From: Eledone cirrhosa
Taxonomy: Eukaryota
Length of the DNA stretch: 64,000 bases
Assembly (NCBI GenBank): GCA_964016885.1
Contig: CAXHJY010000300.1
Coordinates: 1-64,000 of the forward strand
Reading direction: 5' to 3'
The translations under genes were made by a program, and so were the position numbers. Positions within the stretch are counted from its first letter, which is position 1. Each line of letters opens with the position of its first letter. Below are positions 1 through 16,807 of the stretch, one piece after another. The notes below the pieces were generated by a model, which was given only the letters and a program-made list of their open reading frames with translations, ran no database searches and was not told where the DNA came from.

Positions 1-843
1 ACCGATGTAATACTTTATTTTATTTTTATTTGGGTTTCTTTTCCCTATTATTAACTTTAATTTAGTTATAATGTAATTAATAATCTACTACTGTTTGACT
101 TCATAATTCTGCTTCAAATATTATAAACCTAACTAATTTACACCTTGGAAATCAATATGTTGACTATCTTTGGTTTAGTTGACATATGATTAATGGTATA
201 CTTTTTTATTTTGTGATGCATAGATTTCGTATTTACTAGCATTGAAAATATGTAAGAACATACATTGAATTAAGATATGGAAAATATTATAGGTTTCTTG
301 AAACATATATTTACTTTGATCCCCTTCTCCAAACCCCCCCCTTTCCCCCATACTATTATCATCTGTTTTTGTAAGTGTATATGTATGAATATATGGGTAG
401 ATGGGTGTCTATATAGTTTTTTTTGGTATTTATTTCTAGATATAAAAATACATATATGAGCATGTAAATATGAATGTAAGATTGAGTGTGTATATATGAT
501 TGTACATACATATGTATGTATATGTATGTATATATATGTATTATATATGTACGTGTATGTGAATGTGTGGTATATATATGTGTAGGTATATGTATATATG
601 TGTGCGTATGTGTATGCTTGTATATAGGAATATATATGTGTGTATATATGTATATATGTATATGCGTGTTTGCATGTATGTGTATATGGGTTCTGTATAT
701 ATTTGTATGTCTCTCTATTTATATGTTTATCTTCGTATCTATGTGATATATGTGTGTGTGTGTGCATGTATGCATATGTATGTGTTTGTGTGTGTTTGTA
801 TGTGTGTGTGTATATATATGTATGTATTTGCGCACACTCACAT

Positions 844-878
<35 letters not shown>

Positions 879-972
879 AGTGTGTATGTGTGTCTGTATG
901 TGTGTGCGTGTGTATATATGTGTATATATATATATATATGTGTATGTATGTGTATGTGTGTGTATATAGATA

Positions 973-1013
<41 letters not shown>

Positions 1014-1154
1014 ATATAGGTGTCTATGTGTGAATATATGTCTTTATTCGTGTATGTGTGTATTTATATATGTTTATATTTAGGTGTATGTATGTATGTG
1101 TATGTATGTATGTATATGTATGTGTATGTATGTATATGTGTATATGTGTGTATA

Positions 1155-1195
<41 letters not shown>

Positions 1196-1287
1196 CTTTA
1201 TTATTATTGTAATATAACTTATGTGTATATGTGTATAAGTGAGGTTGTGTATGTATATATACTATGTGTATATATAAGGGTAATGAA

Positions 1288-1324
<37 letters not shown>

Positions 1325-1418
1325 CATGTCTGTATTTTATGTGTGTGTGTATATATATATATGTGTGTATGTGTGTATATGTGTATGTATATATGCATAT
1401 ATGTGTACGTGTGTGTAT

Positions 1419-1454
<36 letters not shown>

Positions 1455-1566
1455 GGATGTTTGTATGTGTTTTCATGGTGGTATGAGTGTGGGATATATA
1501 TATGTTTATGTATAAGTATATGTATGTGTATGTATATATATATGAGTCTATGTGTGTGTGTGTATA

Positions 1567-1611
<45 letters not shown>

Positions 1612-2725
1612 ATGTGTGTATGTGTTGCGCGTGTGTGTGTCCGTATTTTTATCTTTTTATATGTGTATGTGTATGTTCGTGTAAATGTATGTGTGTGTAG
1701 GACAGTATAGGTATGTGTGTATGTATGTATGTGTAGATATCTCTATGTGCGCGTACATGTACGTATGTGTATGTATATCTATATGCGTATGTACATTATA
1801 TTATGTAATATATTTTATTGTTTTTATTTTTTTATTTTTCATAATTTATAGATACATTTATATTAGGCTGTCTGGTCTGACAACCTAATACTGACCCCTC
1901 CCCCCCCCCTCCCACCTAATTTCTGTATCTTGATCTTGAAATGTGTGTACCAGTGTGTTTATGTGAGTGACTTAATTTCTATTTGCTTATGATTTTATAT
2001 CCACATATATAAATGTGAGTGGGGGGTGTGTGTGTGTTTGTGTGTTCGTGGTTATGTGTATATTTATATATATACGCACATGTATGTGTGATTATACTGA
2101 TATGTGTGAGTATGAAAAAAATATATTTATATGCTTGACTACATAAGTATCATTGCGTATCTTATCAGCGCATTAAGCTTACAGAGATATTAACCTTGAA
2201 ATTTTTTATTTGCATCCATCTTTTTAGTATGCACATACATATTATACACACATTATTGTAAAATGTGTGTAGGGTTTTACATGTATATACACACACCAAA
2301 CTGCTTTTTAACCCTTTGTGTTTTCATTGGTCAATTTTGAACTGATATTTTGAATTGTTGTTATTATCAATAAATATACTTCATTATTTCTGAAGACGGC
2401 GTATATATGAGTTAGGTATGTATATTTAATCTTGATAATTTGTATAATTTTGTATAATTTTGTACATAGATCTGTTAAATATGCATACCAATTATAGCAC
2501 ATATATGCCCTAGAAACGATCGTTAAATAGTGAACTTTTTTTGTTTAATATAAGGAATTGTTTGTTCATTATTTGTTTAATATTTTATCTTGACTCTGTA
2601 TACCGTTTATCTTTCACCGAAATTGGATTTTCATTACATCTCTTCTTTCCATGATATCCGGAATACATTGAGTTCTTCATACGGATTGGACACTACCGTA
2701 AACTCTTGGTAGATTTATCTACATA
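1..2725 (+). repeat. Direct repeat (pseudo-LTR) copy 1 of PLE-A, with ~1.3 kb internal TG/TA microsatellite
   Basis: ACCGATGTAATACTTT at 1 and 6165; identity ends at GTAGATTTATCTACATA (2725 / 8886). Confidence 0.95.
2380..2534 (+). ncRNA. Type I hammerhead ribozyme with extended stem II
   Basis: TTCATTATTT-CTGAAGA-[GGCGTATATATG...CATATATGCC hairpin, ~115 nt]-GAAA-CGATCG-TT-AAATAGTGAA; 10-bp stem I, palindromic stem III. Confidence 0.75.
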
Positions 2726-2877
2726 ATTTTGCTCCTATTTTCACGGAAATATTCGTATTTTTGTACTGTATGTGTGTATTAATTTTATATTTATGTATAT
2801 ACATATATATATGTATGATTTTGTAAACCCATATACATTTAGTTGAGCTCTTTCAATTGTCCATCATCCATATCACA

Positions 2878-5319
2878 ATGGAAAAACAATATTTAGGAAC
2901 CTCCTTAAAAAACATACCAATACCTTCTAAGGACGACTTCTTACTCCTTATGATTCAGAAAACTAATAATTTTATCAGAAGGGTTAGATGGAGAGCCTAC
3001 CACTTTGATAGAAAATCTAAACAAGCAGATCGGAAATATATGTATGATTTCAACACTTACAAGAATCCACCACACAACTTTTTACTTGAAGACTTCGAGA
3101 AAGACCTTTTTAATTTAATTAAACATCTCAAATTTAAAAAGTATAAATCCGTCTTTCAAAAGGACCTTGATTCTACCCTATTGGACCTAAAAAAGTCTAA
3201 AAAAATCCATGTCCACTCGGACAAAACTGGTAACTTGTATCATATGGATATTGAACATTATAATGAGTTCATATATAAAGAACTCAGAAAAAGTTATAAA
3301 AAATCTAATAATGCGTCACTCACCAACATCAACAACAAAACACACAACATAGTAAAAAAACTAAATATTGAAGATAGAACTGAACCTTTGGCATTGAGAA
3401 GTCCACACTTTAACCTGAAAGATCACAAATCTAACTTTAACTCTAATCCTTCTATTAGACTTATATGTCCCTCCAAATCAGATATTGGAATAATTAGCAA
3501 AAAAATTTTAGATAGAGTCATCCCACAAATAAGAAAATACGTTATTTTACCACTCTGGGAAAACACCTCCCAGGTAATTAATTGGTTTAAAAATATTAGG
3601 TGTAAATCTTCTGCTTCTTTCCTACAGTTTGATATAGATAACTATTATTCTTCTATATCACCCATACTCCTGAACAAAGCATTAATATTTGCTAAAAATA
3701 GATCTAATTTAACTTCGGATGACATTAACATTATTACACATGCTAGACAAACACTTATTGAATTTCAGAATGAATACTGGACCAGAAACACTTATAGTAA
3801 TCTTTTTGATATTACTATGGGTTCAAGCGATTCTGCCCAAATTACTGATCTTGTGGGCCTCTTTCTCCTTTTCAACATAAATGCCTCTTTTCCCCACCTC
3901 AAAGGTGGTTTATATCGTGATGACTGTCTTCTTCTTTCTAACAACCTTAGCCTTTCAGAAATCGAAAAAAACAAAAAGCATATTAGAACTTTCCTTAAGG
4001 ACTATTATAATCTTAATATTACTTTTGAAAAAACAAGTAAAGTAGTAAATTTCCTAGATATAACTTTAGATTTAGCTACGGGTATATACCAACCTTACCA
4101 CAAACCTAACCAAAACTTACATTACATACACTCACAATCTAATCACCCTAAATCTATCCTTAAAAACCTTGCATATAATATATCACTTAGAATTTCTAAC
4201 CTTTCTTCTAACCAAGATGTATTTGATAAAAATGCTACCTTTTATAATGAAGCTCTAGATAGAAGTGGCCACAAAAATAGATTAGAGTATATAACTTCTA
4301 CTAAAAATACTGAAAATATACAGCATAATATTACCAACAAACACCAAATGAAAGGTACACACCTAAATGCCACCCACAGTATACCCCAAAATACTAAATC
4401 TTCTAATATAAAGTATAGTAACCCTCAAAAAACTACTCATCATAAGACTATAATAAATATTAATAATAAAACTCCTAATAAAAAAGATAAAACACCTAAA
4501 TCTACAAATATAACTAAAAATAGTTGTGGTGAGATCATTAACATTATTCCTCCTAGTAAAAATCATGATACAACATATAAAAATAATAAAAATAATAAAC
4601 AACATAGAAACCGTAATAGACGAGTTACTTGGTATAATGCTCCTTTTAATTTACAAGTTAAGGATAATATTGCTAAAAAATTTTTTTATATCCTTGAGAA
4701 AAACTTCCCGCCAAACCACAAATACCATCAAATCTTAAATAGGTCTACAGTTAAATTCTCATATTCTACAACAAATAACATAAAACAAAATATAAGTGCA
4801 TATAATGCATATAAATGTAAGAAAACTATAAGTATACCACCAGTACATCAAATTAACAATAATATCTCCTCAAATACAGAATTAACGAAAGGATGTAACT
4901 GTAGAAACAAAACAAACTGCCCATTAAAAGGGAATTGTCTTGTTAACAACATAGTCTATAAATGTAATGTTAAAACTAAAGATTCTATTTGCTCATATAT
5001 AGGAGCTACCTCTAACAATTTTAAGACAAGGTATAATACCCACAAACATAGCTTTAAAAATGCCGCACTGGCTAATACAACATCTCTAGCAGAAAAAATC
5101 AATAGTTATAAAAATAAAAATATAAAATATGATTTGACCTGGAGTGTGCTCAAAAGAGCCACCCCTTATCAAAATAATAGAAAGGAATGTAGATTATGTT
5201 CCCAAGAACTATTTGAAATAATGAAGTCTAGGGATATCTTATTAAATAAAAGACAGGAATTAATTATATCGTGTAATCATAAACTAAAAAAAACATTTAA
5301 ATATTATAAACCTAATTAA
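2878..5319 (+). CDS. Intact PLE polyprotein: reverse transcriptase + Cys linker + GIY-YIG endonuclease (813 aa from first ATG)
   Basis: QFDIDNYYSSI, FDITMGSSDSAQ, GLYRDD; CNCRNKTNCPLKGNC; NIVYKC...YIGATSNNFKTRYNTH; CRLC..E; LLNKRQE; no stops. Confidence 0.93.
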   Translation: MEKQYLGTSLKNIPIPSKDDFLLLMIQKTNNFIRRVRWRAYHFDRKSKQADRKYMYDFNTYKNPPHNFLLEDFEKDLFNLIKHLKFKKYKSVFQKDLDSTLLDLKKSKKIHVHSDKTGNLYHMDIEHYNEFIYKELRKSYKKSNNASLTNINNKTHNIVKKLNIEDRTEPLALRSPHFNLKDHKSNFNSNPSIRLICPSKSDIGIISKKILDRVIPQIRKYVILPLWENTSQVINWFKNIRCKSSASFLQFDIDNYYSSISPILLNKALIFAKNRSNLTSDDINIITHARQTLIEFQNEYWTRNTYSNLFDITMGSSDSAQITDLVGLFLLFNINASFPHLKGGLYRDDCLLLSNNLSLSEIEKNKKHIRTFLKDYYNLNITFEKTSKVVNFLDITLDLATGIYQPYHKPNQNLHYIHSQSNHPKSILKNLAYNISLRISNLSSNQDVFDKNATFYNEALDRSGHKNRLEYITSTKNTENIQHNITNKHQMKGTHLNATHSIPQNTKSSNIKYSNPQKTTHHKTIININNKTPNKKDKTPKSTNITKNSCGEIINIIPPSKNHDTTYKNNKNNKQHRNRNRRVTWYNAPFNLQVKDNIAKKFFYILEKNFPPNHKYHQILNRSTVKFSYSTTNNIKQNISAYNAYKCKKTISIPPVHQINNNISSNTELTKGCNCRNKTNCPLKGNCLVNNIVYKCNVKTKDSICSYIGATSNNFKTRYNTHKHSFKNAALANTTSLAEKINSYKNKNIKYDLTWSVLKRATPYQNNRKECRLCSQELFEIMKSRDILLNKRQELIISCNHKLKKTFKYYKPN

Positions 5320-6164
5320 TAACATTATTCTAGAATTTAATTTAATTTAAATGTTAGTTAACCTATAAATTTAATTCAATTAATATTTTATTACAGATGA
5401 GAAAATATTATGTAATCATTAATTTTGAAAAACCTTTAAATATTACTAATATATATTCAGTAATTTAATTTATAGATTAATTTTAACTTATTTTAACCTT
5501 TTATTATAATTTTTTAATTTAGTTTAACCTTTTATTATAAAATTTTTTTTATTATAATTCTTTTACAGATAAAATATAACAAAATAATATCATGTATCCT
5601 ATGACGGAGAAAGAATTTTTAGTATTATTGACCTAATTAATATACATTTTGGAAATATATTTATTATTTGGTTTTAGCTTTAATCAACCTAAAACTTTAA
5701 TTTTAATTTTAATTTGCTTAAAATTAGTATCCTTGTACAGACGAATTGCAGAATTTCATGTAATCATAGAATGGGAGGTGTTTTTGGATATATACCTAGT
5801 TAATATATTCTGTGCAAATTTTTTGAAAAAGATATGTATATCTATATGTATATGTATATGTGTGTATTGTATGTGTATTTGTATGTATATTTATGTGACT
5901 ATATATGTATGTACGTGTGTATATATATGTATATATATATATATATATGTGTATGTATATGTATATGTATGTGTATGTGTATGTATATGTATGTGTATGC
6001 GTATTAATTTTGATTTTTATTTGCATATAATTATATTATGCTATTGATGAAATACAATATCTGCTTTATGTATTGTATACCTAATTAACATATACTAATT
6101 AACATATACTATTGAAATAAATATATAATTTTTAACTTAGTTTACATATAATTTATATGCTACT

Positions 6165-7007
6165 ACCGATGTAATACTTTATTTTATTTTTATTTGGGTT
6201 TCTTTTCCCTATTATTAACTTTAATTTAGTTATAATGTAATTAATAATCTACTACTGTTTGACTTCATAATTCTGCTTCAAATATTATAAACCTAACTAA
6301 TTTACACCTTGGAAATCAATATGTTGACTATCTTTGGTTTAGTTGACATATGATTAATGGTATACTTTTTTATTTTGTGATGCATAGATTTCGTATTTAC
6401 TAGCATTGAAAATATGTAAGAACATACATTGAATTAAGATATGGAAAATATTATAGGTTTCTTGAAACATATATTTACTTTGATCCCCTTCTCCAAACCC
6501 CCCCCTTTCCCCCATACTATTATCATCTGTTTTTGTAAGTGTATATGTATGAATATATGGGTAGATGGGTGTCTATATAGTTTTTTTTGGTATTTATTTC
6601 TAGATATAAAAATACATATATGAGCATGTAAATATGAATGTAAGATTGAGTGTGTATATATGATTGTACATACATATGTATGTATATGTATGTATATATA
6701 TGTATTATATATGTACGTGTATGTGAATGTGTGGTATATATATGTGTAGGTATATGTATATATGTGTGCGTATGTGTATGCTTGTATATAGGAATATATA
6801 TGTGTGTATATATGTATATATGTATATGCGTGTTTGCATGTATGTGTATATGGGTTCTGTATATATTTGTATGTCTCTCTATTTATATGTTTATCTTCGT
6901 ATCTATGTGATATATGTGTGTGTGTGTGCATGTATGCATATGTATGTGTTTGTGTGTGTTTGTATGTGTGTGTGTATATATATGTATGTATTTGCGCACA
7001 CTCACAT

Positions 7008-7042
<35 letters not shown>

Positions 7043-7136
7043 AGTGTGTATGTGTGTCTGTATGTGTGTGCGTGTGTATATATGTGTATATATATATATA
7101 TATGTGTATGTATGTGTATGTGTGTGTATATAGATA

Positions 7137-7175
<39 letters not shown>

Positions 7176-7314
7176 ATATAGGTGTCTATGTGTGAATATA
7201 TGTCTTTATTCGTATGTGTGTATTTATATATGTTTATATTTAGGTGTATGTATGTATGTGTATGTATGTATGTATATGTATGTGTATGTATGTATATGTG
7301 TATATGTGTGTATA

Positions 7315-7355
<41 letters not shown>

Positions 7356-7447
7356 CTTTATTATTATTGTAATATAACTTATGTGTATATGTGTATAAGT
7401 GAGGTTGTGTATGTATATATACTATGTGTATATATAAGGGTAATGAA

Positions 7448-7484
<37 letters not shown>

Positions 7485-7578
7485 CATGTCTGTATTTTAT
7501 GTGTGTGTGTATATATATATATGTGTGTATGTGTGTATATGTGTATGTATATATGCATATATGTGTACGTGTGTGTAT

Positions 7579-7616
<38 letters not shown>

Positions 7617-7728
7617 GGATGTTTGTATGTGTTTTCATGGTGGTATGAGTGTGGGATATATATATGTTTATGTATAAGTATATGTATGTGTATGTATATA
7701 TATATGAGTCTATGTGTGTGTGTGTATA

Positions 7729-7773
<45 letters not shown>

Positions 7774-8886
7774 ATGTGTGTATGTGTTGCGCGTGTGTGT
7801 GTCCGTATTTTTATCTTTTTATATGTGTATGTGTATGTTCGTGTAAATGTATGTGTGTGTAGGACAGTATAGGTATGTGTGTATGTATGTATGTGTAGAT
7901 ATCTCTATGTGCGCGTACATGTACGTATGTGTATGTATATCTATATGCGTATGTACATTATATTATGTAATATATTTTATTGTTTTTATTTTTTTATTTT
8001 TCATAATTTATAGATACATTTATATTAGGCTGTCTGGTCTGACAACCTAATACTGACCCCTCCCCCCCCCTCCCACCTAATTTCTGTATCTTGATCTTGA
8101 AATGTGTGTACCAGTGTGTTTATGTGAGTGACTTAATTTCTATTTGCTTATGATTTTATATCCACATATATAAATGTGAGTGGGGGGTGTGTGTGTGTTT
8201 GTGTGTTCGTGGTTATGTGTATATTTATATATATACGCACATGTATGTGTGATTATACTGATATGTGTGAGTATGAAAAAAATATATTTATATGCTTGAC
8301 TACATAAGTATCATTGCGTATCTTATCAGCGCATTAAGCTTACAGAGATATTAACCTTGAAATTTTTTATTTGCATCCATCTTTTTAGTATGCACATACA
8401 TATTATACACACATTATTGTAAAATGTGTGTAGGGTTTTACATGTATATACACACACCAAACTGCTTTTTAACCCTTTGTGTTTTCATTGGTCAATTTTG
8501 AACTGATATTTTGAATTGTTGTTATTATCAATAAATATACTTCATTATTTCTGAAGACGGCGTATATATGAGTTAGGTATGTATATTTAATCTTGATAAT
8601 TTGTATAATTTTGTATAATTTTGTACATAGATCTGTTAAATATGCATACCAATTATAGCACATATATGCCCTAGAAACGATCGTTAAATAGTGAACTTTT
8701 TTTGTTTAATATAAGGAATTGTTTGTTCATTATTTGTTTAATATTTTATCTTGACTCTGTATACCGTTTATCTTTCACCGAAATTGGATTTTCATTACAT
8801 CTCTTCTTTCCATGATATCCGGAATACATTGAGTTCTTCATACGGATTGGACACTACCGTAAACTCTTGGTAGATTTATCTACATA
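6165..8886 (+). repeat. Direct repeat (pseudo-LTR) copy 2 of PLE-A
   Basis: Near-identical to 1-2725; visible differences are small indels in TA/TG tracts and a C run. Confidence 0.95.
8541..8695 (+). ncRNA. Type I hammerhead ribozyme (second copy, PLE-A)
   Basis: Same sequence as 2380-2534. Confidence 0.75.
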
Positions 8887-10397
<1,511 letters not shown>

Positions 10398-10619
10398 TTC
10401 GTTTCTGAATTTGTTTAGCAAGATTTTTTATCTGAAATCGTGTGTTGAAACCGATATTGTTATACTTTGGGAGGGTCATGTTGCCAATAAGAAACACACG
10501 CCCCAGTTGCTTTCACTTCAATTTATTATATATTCATAAATTTATAAATTTACAAATTTACAAACTTATAAATTTCTGGTTCGTTGGTTGATTCCACAAC
10601 CAGATAGTTGTTTATATAT

Positions 10620-10664
10620 AGTCATAGTCCTTTCGTCACACACTCTGTGACCTCTTCAGTGACT
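10620..10664 (-). ncRNA. Minimal type I hammerhead (PLE-B)
   Basis: Reverse complement of 12019-12063. Confidence 0.7.
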
Positions 10665-10894
10665 GGGGATTCCTTTCTTTGTTTCTGTGCCTTTCCTTTC
10701 TTCTATCCTACGCCATTTTGTTTCTGTGTGTGTGCTGTGTGCTCAGTTTGCTCATGCGCCACATCCGGGTGTCTGTGTGTGTTTGTGTTCATTTATCTAT
10801 TTGTTTATTTATTTATTTATTTATTGTTGGTTAGTTGTTTGTTCTATGTGTGTGTGTGTTTTCATTTTGTCCTGTGTGTGTTTTCATTTTGTCC

Positions 10895-11725
10895 ATACTG
10901 ATTGCGGATTTGGTACGGGTGATGAGAAATGTGTCCCGCATGTGCAACCCCGAAGAACTAGAGAGACACATACAACACTTCATCCACTGTATGCAGTTCT
11001 CTGGCTACAATCAGAGAGATAGAATCAGAGTGTATAAAGGAGCCAGAACCAAATGGGAAAATATGGTAAATAATGACATAAATGGGACATGCCTCTTGTA
11101 TAGGAGCAAATTTTGGAATAGAATAGAAAGAACTAGGAACAAGGCCAATAGAATAAACTTATGGTATGATAGCAATAAATACCAGAGTGTAATATTCATC
11201 AATACAACCCCTAGAGGCGAACTAGCCTACTAATTTAGAAGGGCCCTAAATAAACATAATCTCAATATTAAGATAGTAGAAAGACCAGGTACCTCTGTAA
11301 AAACACTTATTAGCAAGACATACTCGTTCCAAAGACACTCATGTATAGATAAGAAATGTATAACCTGTAAAATAAACCCCCATATTAACTGTAAAACTAG
11401 AAATGTAGTGTATAGCATAAGATGTACTGAAGGACAATGTAGAAACAAAAATATAGTGTACATAGGTGAGACAGCTCGTAATATAGGGTAACGAATAAAT
11501 GAACACTGGCGAGACCTCCAAGATAATAAAAAATCATCTGTGCTCTACCAACATGCTAAGATAGAACACAGGGGTAGATTAGAGAACATAGAAATAAAAA
11601 TAGAATCCACACACAGAAAAGATGCAATGTTTAGGCAAATTACAGAGGCAGTAAGCATAAAAGAATTAAAACCAAAATTAAATAGAAAATATGAATGGAA
11701 CAGCAACATCACAACTTACAATTAA
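10895..11725 (+). pseudogene. PLE RT C-terminus + GIY-YIG remnant with stops
   Basis: CIDKKCITC...CKTRNVVYSIRC...YIGETARNIG*RINEH...EAVSIKELKPKLNRKYEW. Confidence 0.88.
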
Positions 11726-12018
11726 GGACAACACACACAGGACAAAATGAAAACACACACACACATAGAACAAACAACTTACAATTAAGGACAAAATGAA
11801 AACACACACAGGACAAAATGAAAACACACACACACATAGAACAAACAACCAACCAACAATAAATAAATAAATAAATAAACAAATAAATAAATGAACACAA
11901 ACACACACAGACACCCGGATGTGGCGCATGCGCAAACTGAGCACACAACACACACACAGAAACAAAATGGCGTAGGATAGAAGAAAGGAAAGGCACAGAA
12001 ACAAAGAAAGGAATCCCC

Positions 12019-12063
12019 AGTCACTGAAGAGGTCACAGAGTGTGTGACGAAAGGACTATGACT
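12019..12063 (+). ncRNA. Minimal type I hammerhead (PLE-B)
   Basis: AGTCA-CTGAAGA-G-GTCACA gagtg TGTGAC-GAAA-GGAC-TA-TGACT. Confidence 0.7.
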
Positions 12064-12226
12064 ACATATAAACAACTCTCTGGTTGTGGAACCAACCAAC
12101 CAACCAGAAATTAATAAGTTTGTAAATTTGTAAATTTCTAAATTTATAAATATATAATAAATTGAAGTGAAAGCAACTGGTGCGTGTGTTTCTTATTGGC
12201 AACATGACCGTCCCAAAGTATAACAA

Positions 12227-12258
<32 letters not shown>

Positions 12259-12353
12259 CACATATATATATATGTATACATATATATATATATATACACA
12301 TATATATATATATATATATATGTATACATATAAATATATATATATATATATGT

Positions 12354-12395
<42 letters not shown>

Positions 12396-12417
12396 ACATA
12401 TATATATATATATATGT

Positions 12418-12468
<51 letters not shown>

Positions 12469-12471
<3 letters not shown>

Positions 12472-13568
12472 CTTTGAATAACTTTGAATAACTTTGAAAT
12501 GTTTTGGCCAGTATTGGCCCAGGCCATGTCTAACTTAATAGCACCACCTGGCGAAGTCTTTCAATTCAGGATTTGGGCACCATGGCCCATTCGAGAAGAG
12601 AATTACTGTTTGCGGAGACATATCCGGGTGTGGGTGGTTTGTCCGGGATTACTTGGAGGAATTTGTCCAAAGACTTCTTGAATTTTGTGTGGTCAGTTTC
12701 TGTTTTGACGTGTCCTGGTGTGATGTTGAAGAGAGCAGGGCCGATTGAGGTGAAATAATTGTGCCGTATTGTTGTTATGAGTTGCGATTTAGATTTTTGA
12801 ATGGGACGGATAGCACGGGGCCCAAGCCTTGGGTGTATCTTGAAGGCGATGCCAACATCATTTGGGCAGTGATGATGGAACATTTTCCACATCATGCAGA
12901 TAATATAACGCTCACGGCGACGTTGGAGTGAGTAAAGTTTCAGGTTTTCTAATCGACCCCAGTAGTCAAGGTCTGACATGCCATCTATCTTTTTCGTGAT
13001 TGCCCTTTGAGGAGCTTCAAGTTTCATGATACTTTGTTTCGTGTGGGGAGACCACAGTGGACAACAGTATTCAAGGTGTGGTCGGGCAAAAGTAGAGAAG
13101 AGAAGGATAATGGTGCGGGAATCTCTCGACTGGAAGGTTCTGAGGATCCAGGAACACATTCTGCGGGCCATGTCAACTTTGCTGCTTATATGCGTGGTCC
13201 AGCTTATGTTGCTGTCCACGGTTACTCCCAAGTCTCTGATGTTGTTAGATGCCACGAGAGTTTCCCCGGAGGGAAGGGAGTACGGGAGTTTCAGAGCATC
13301 CTCTTTTCCAAAGTGGATCAGTTCGAATTTGTCTTCGTTCAGTAACATGTTGTTCTTTTCCGCCCATTGGGTAACAGCCAGTAGGTCTGACTGAAGGCTT
13401 ATCCGGTCATCCACGCCATTGATGACCTTTTGGAGCTTGGAATCATCAGCGAAAATTTTAATGTTGCTGTGTTTGATGATGTCAGTGATGTCATTAATAT
13501 AGATGATGAAGAGAAGTGAAGTGGGCCCAACACAGTGCCTTGTGGGACCCCACTACTGACTTTGGCTG
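12469..13568 (-). mobile_element. CR1-like LINE copy 1, 5'-truncated
   Basis: ORF 12566-13414 ([24 protein letters not shown]); FADD upstream; (TTCAAAGTTA)x3 tail; 5-bp GAAGT duplication near 13515. Confidence 0.9.
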
Positions 13569-13571
13569 TAG

Positions 13572-13606
<35 letters not shown>

Positions 13607-14079
13607 ATGCATCATTGATACACTTACTCAAAATGACCTCCCACTACCTAATTTTTCTATATCTATATTTATATATGTATCTATCCCTATTTCCTCTCTC
13701 TCTCTATATATATATATCTCTTTCTGTCTCTTTACATGAAGCTCTTCGCTTTATCTATTTTTCCATCTCTCTATTTTGTCCCATGCATTTCTTCTTTTTC
13801 TTTTTCTTCTTTTTCTTCCTTTTCTTCGTTTTGTCTTTCTTTCTTTCTTATTTCCCTCTTTTCTCTCTCTCTTTCTTTCTCTCTGTATTTTCACTGCTAG
13901 AGTAAACCTCTTCAAATGAAGTTGATGTTTATTACGGTATGTCGAATATATTTATCTATAAAACTGTTTATATTGTATTTTGTCTGATGAAGGCATAGCA
14001 TATTGTTAATATGATATCCCCGAAATATATATAATGAAATAAATATGGTTTTATAAATATAGTTTTCCATTTATTTAAT

Positions 14080-14085
<6 letters not shown>
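13569..14085 (+). mobile_element. 3' terminal fragment of PLE family F (diverged homologue of ~62065-62528)
   Basis: Colinear with the end of the right arm of the 56-62 kb element, including its hammerhead. Confidence 0.85.
13976..14041 (+). ncRNA. Type I hammerhead (PLE-F type)
   Basis: TATTTTGT-CTGATGA-[GGCATAGCATATT gtt AATATGATATCC]-GAAA-TATATA-TA-ATGAAATA. Confidence 0.62.
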
Positions 14086-14142
<57 letters not shown>

Positions 14143-14147
14143 ACATA

Positions 14148-14231
<84 letters not shown>

Positions 14232-14244
14232 CATATATATACAG

Positions 14245-14278
<34 letters not shown>

Positions 14279-14346
14279 GTATACATATATATATATATAT
14301 ATGTATACATATATGTATACATATATATATATATATATATGTATGT

Positions 14347-14390
<44 letters not shown>

Positions 14391-14396
14391 GTATAC

Positions 14397-16676
<2,280 letters not shown>

Positions 16677-16704
16677 TATATACATATATATATATACATA
16701 TATG

Positions 16705-16736
<32 letters not shown>

Positions 16737-16776
16737 CATATACATATATATATATACATATATGTATATATATATG

Positions 16777-16807
<31 letters not shown>

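Larger units (their letters stand above)
1..8886 (+). mobile_element. Penelope-like element family A: partial tandem (repeat - ORF - repeat), probably Nematis-type
   Basis: RT + C-terminal GIY-YIG ORF lies between near-identical direct repeats 1-2725 and 6165-8886, each holding a hammerhead; the 3' end runs into (TA)n; the left end is cut by the window edge. Confidence 0.93.
10397..12229 (+). mobile_element. PLE family B, 5'-truncated, with inverted 3'-end copy on the left
   Basis: 10397-10894 is the reverse complement of the element's 3' region (plus an extra ~55-bp tail); 10895-11725 is an endonuclease-region remnant; a hammerhead lies in each arm. Confidence 0.88.

Noticed and set aside
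6044-6120. TTGATGA plus hairpin as another hammerhead
   Set aside because: No correctly placed GAAA or stems I/III
1-8886. LTR retrotransposon
   Set aside because: No gag, protease, RNase H or integrase, and no evident TG...CA ends or PBS
13007-13394. Antisense ORFs over LINE RT regions (also 15761-16148, 38186-38455, 53751-54119)
   Set aside because: Shadow frames of the RT coding strand with no recognisable motifs
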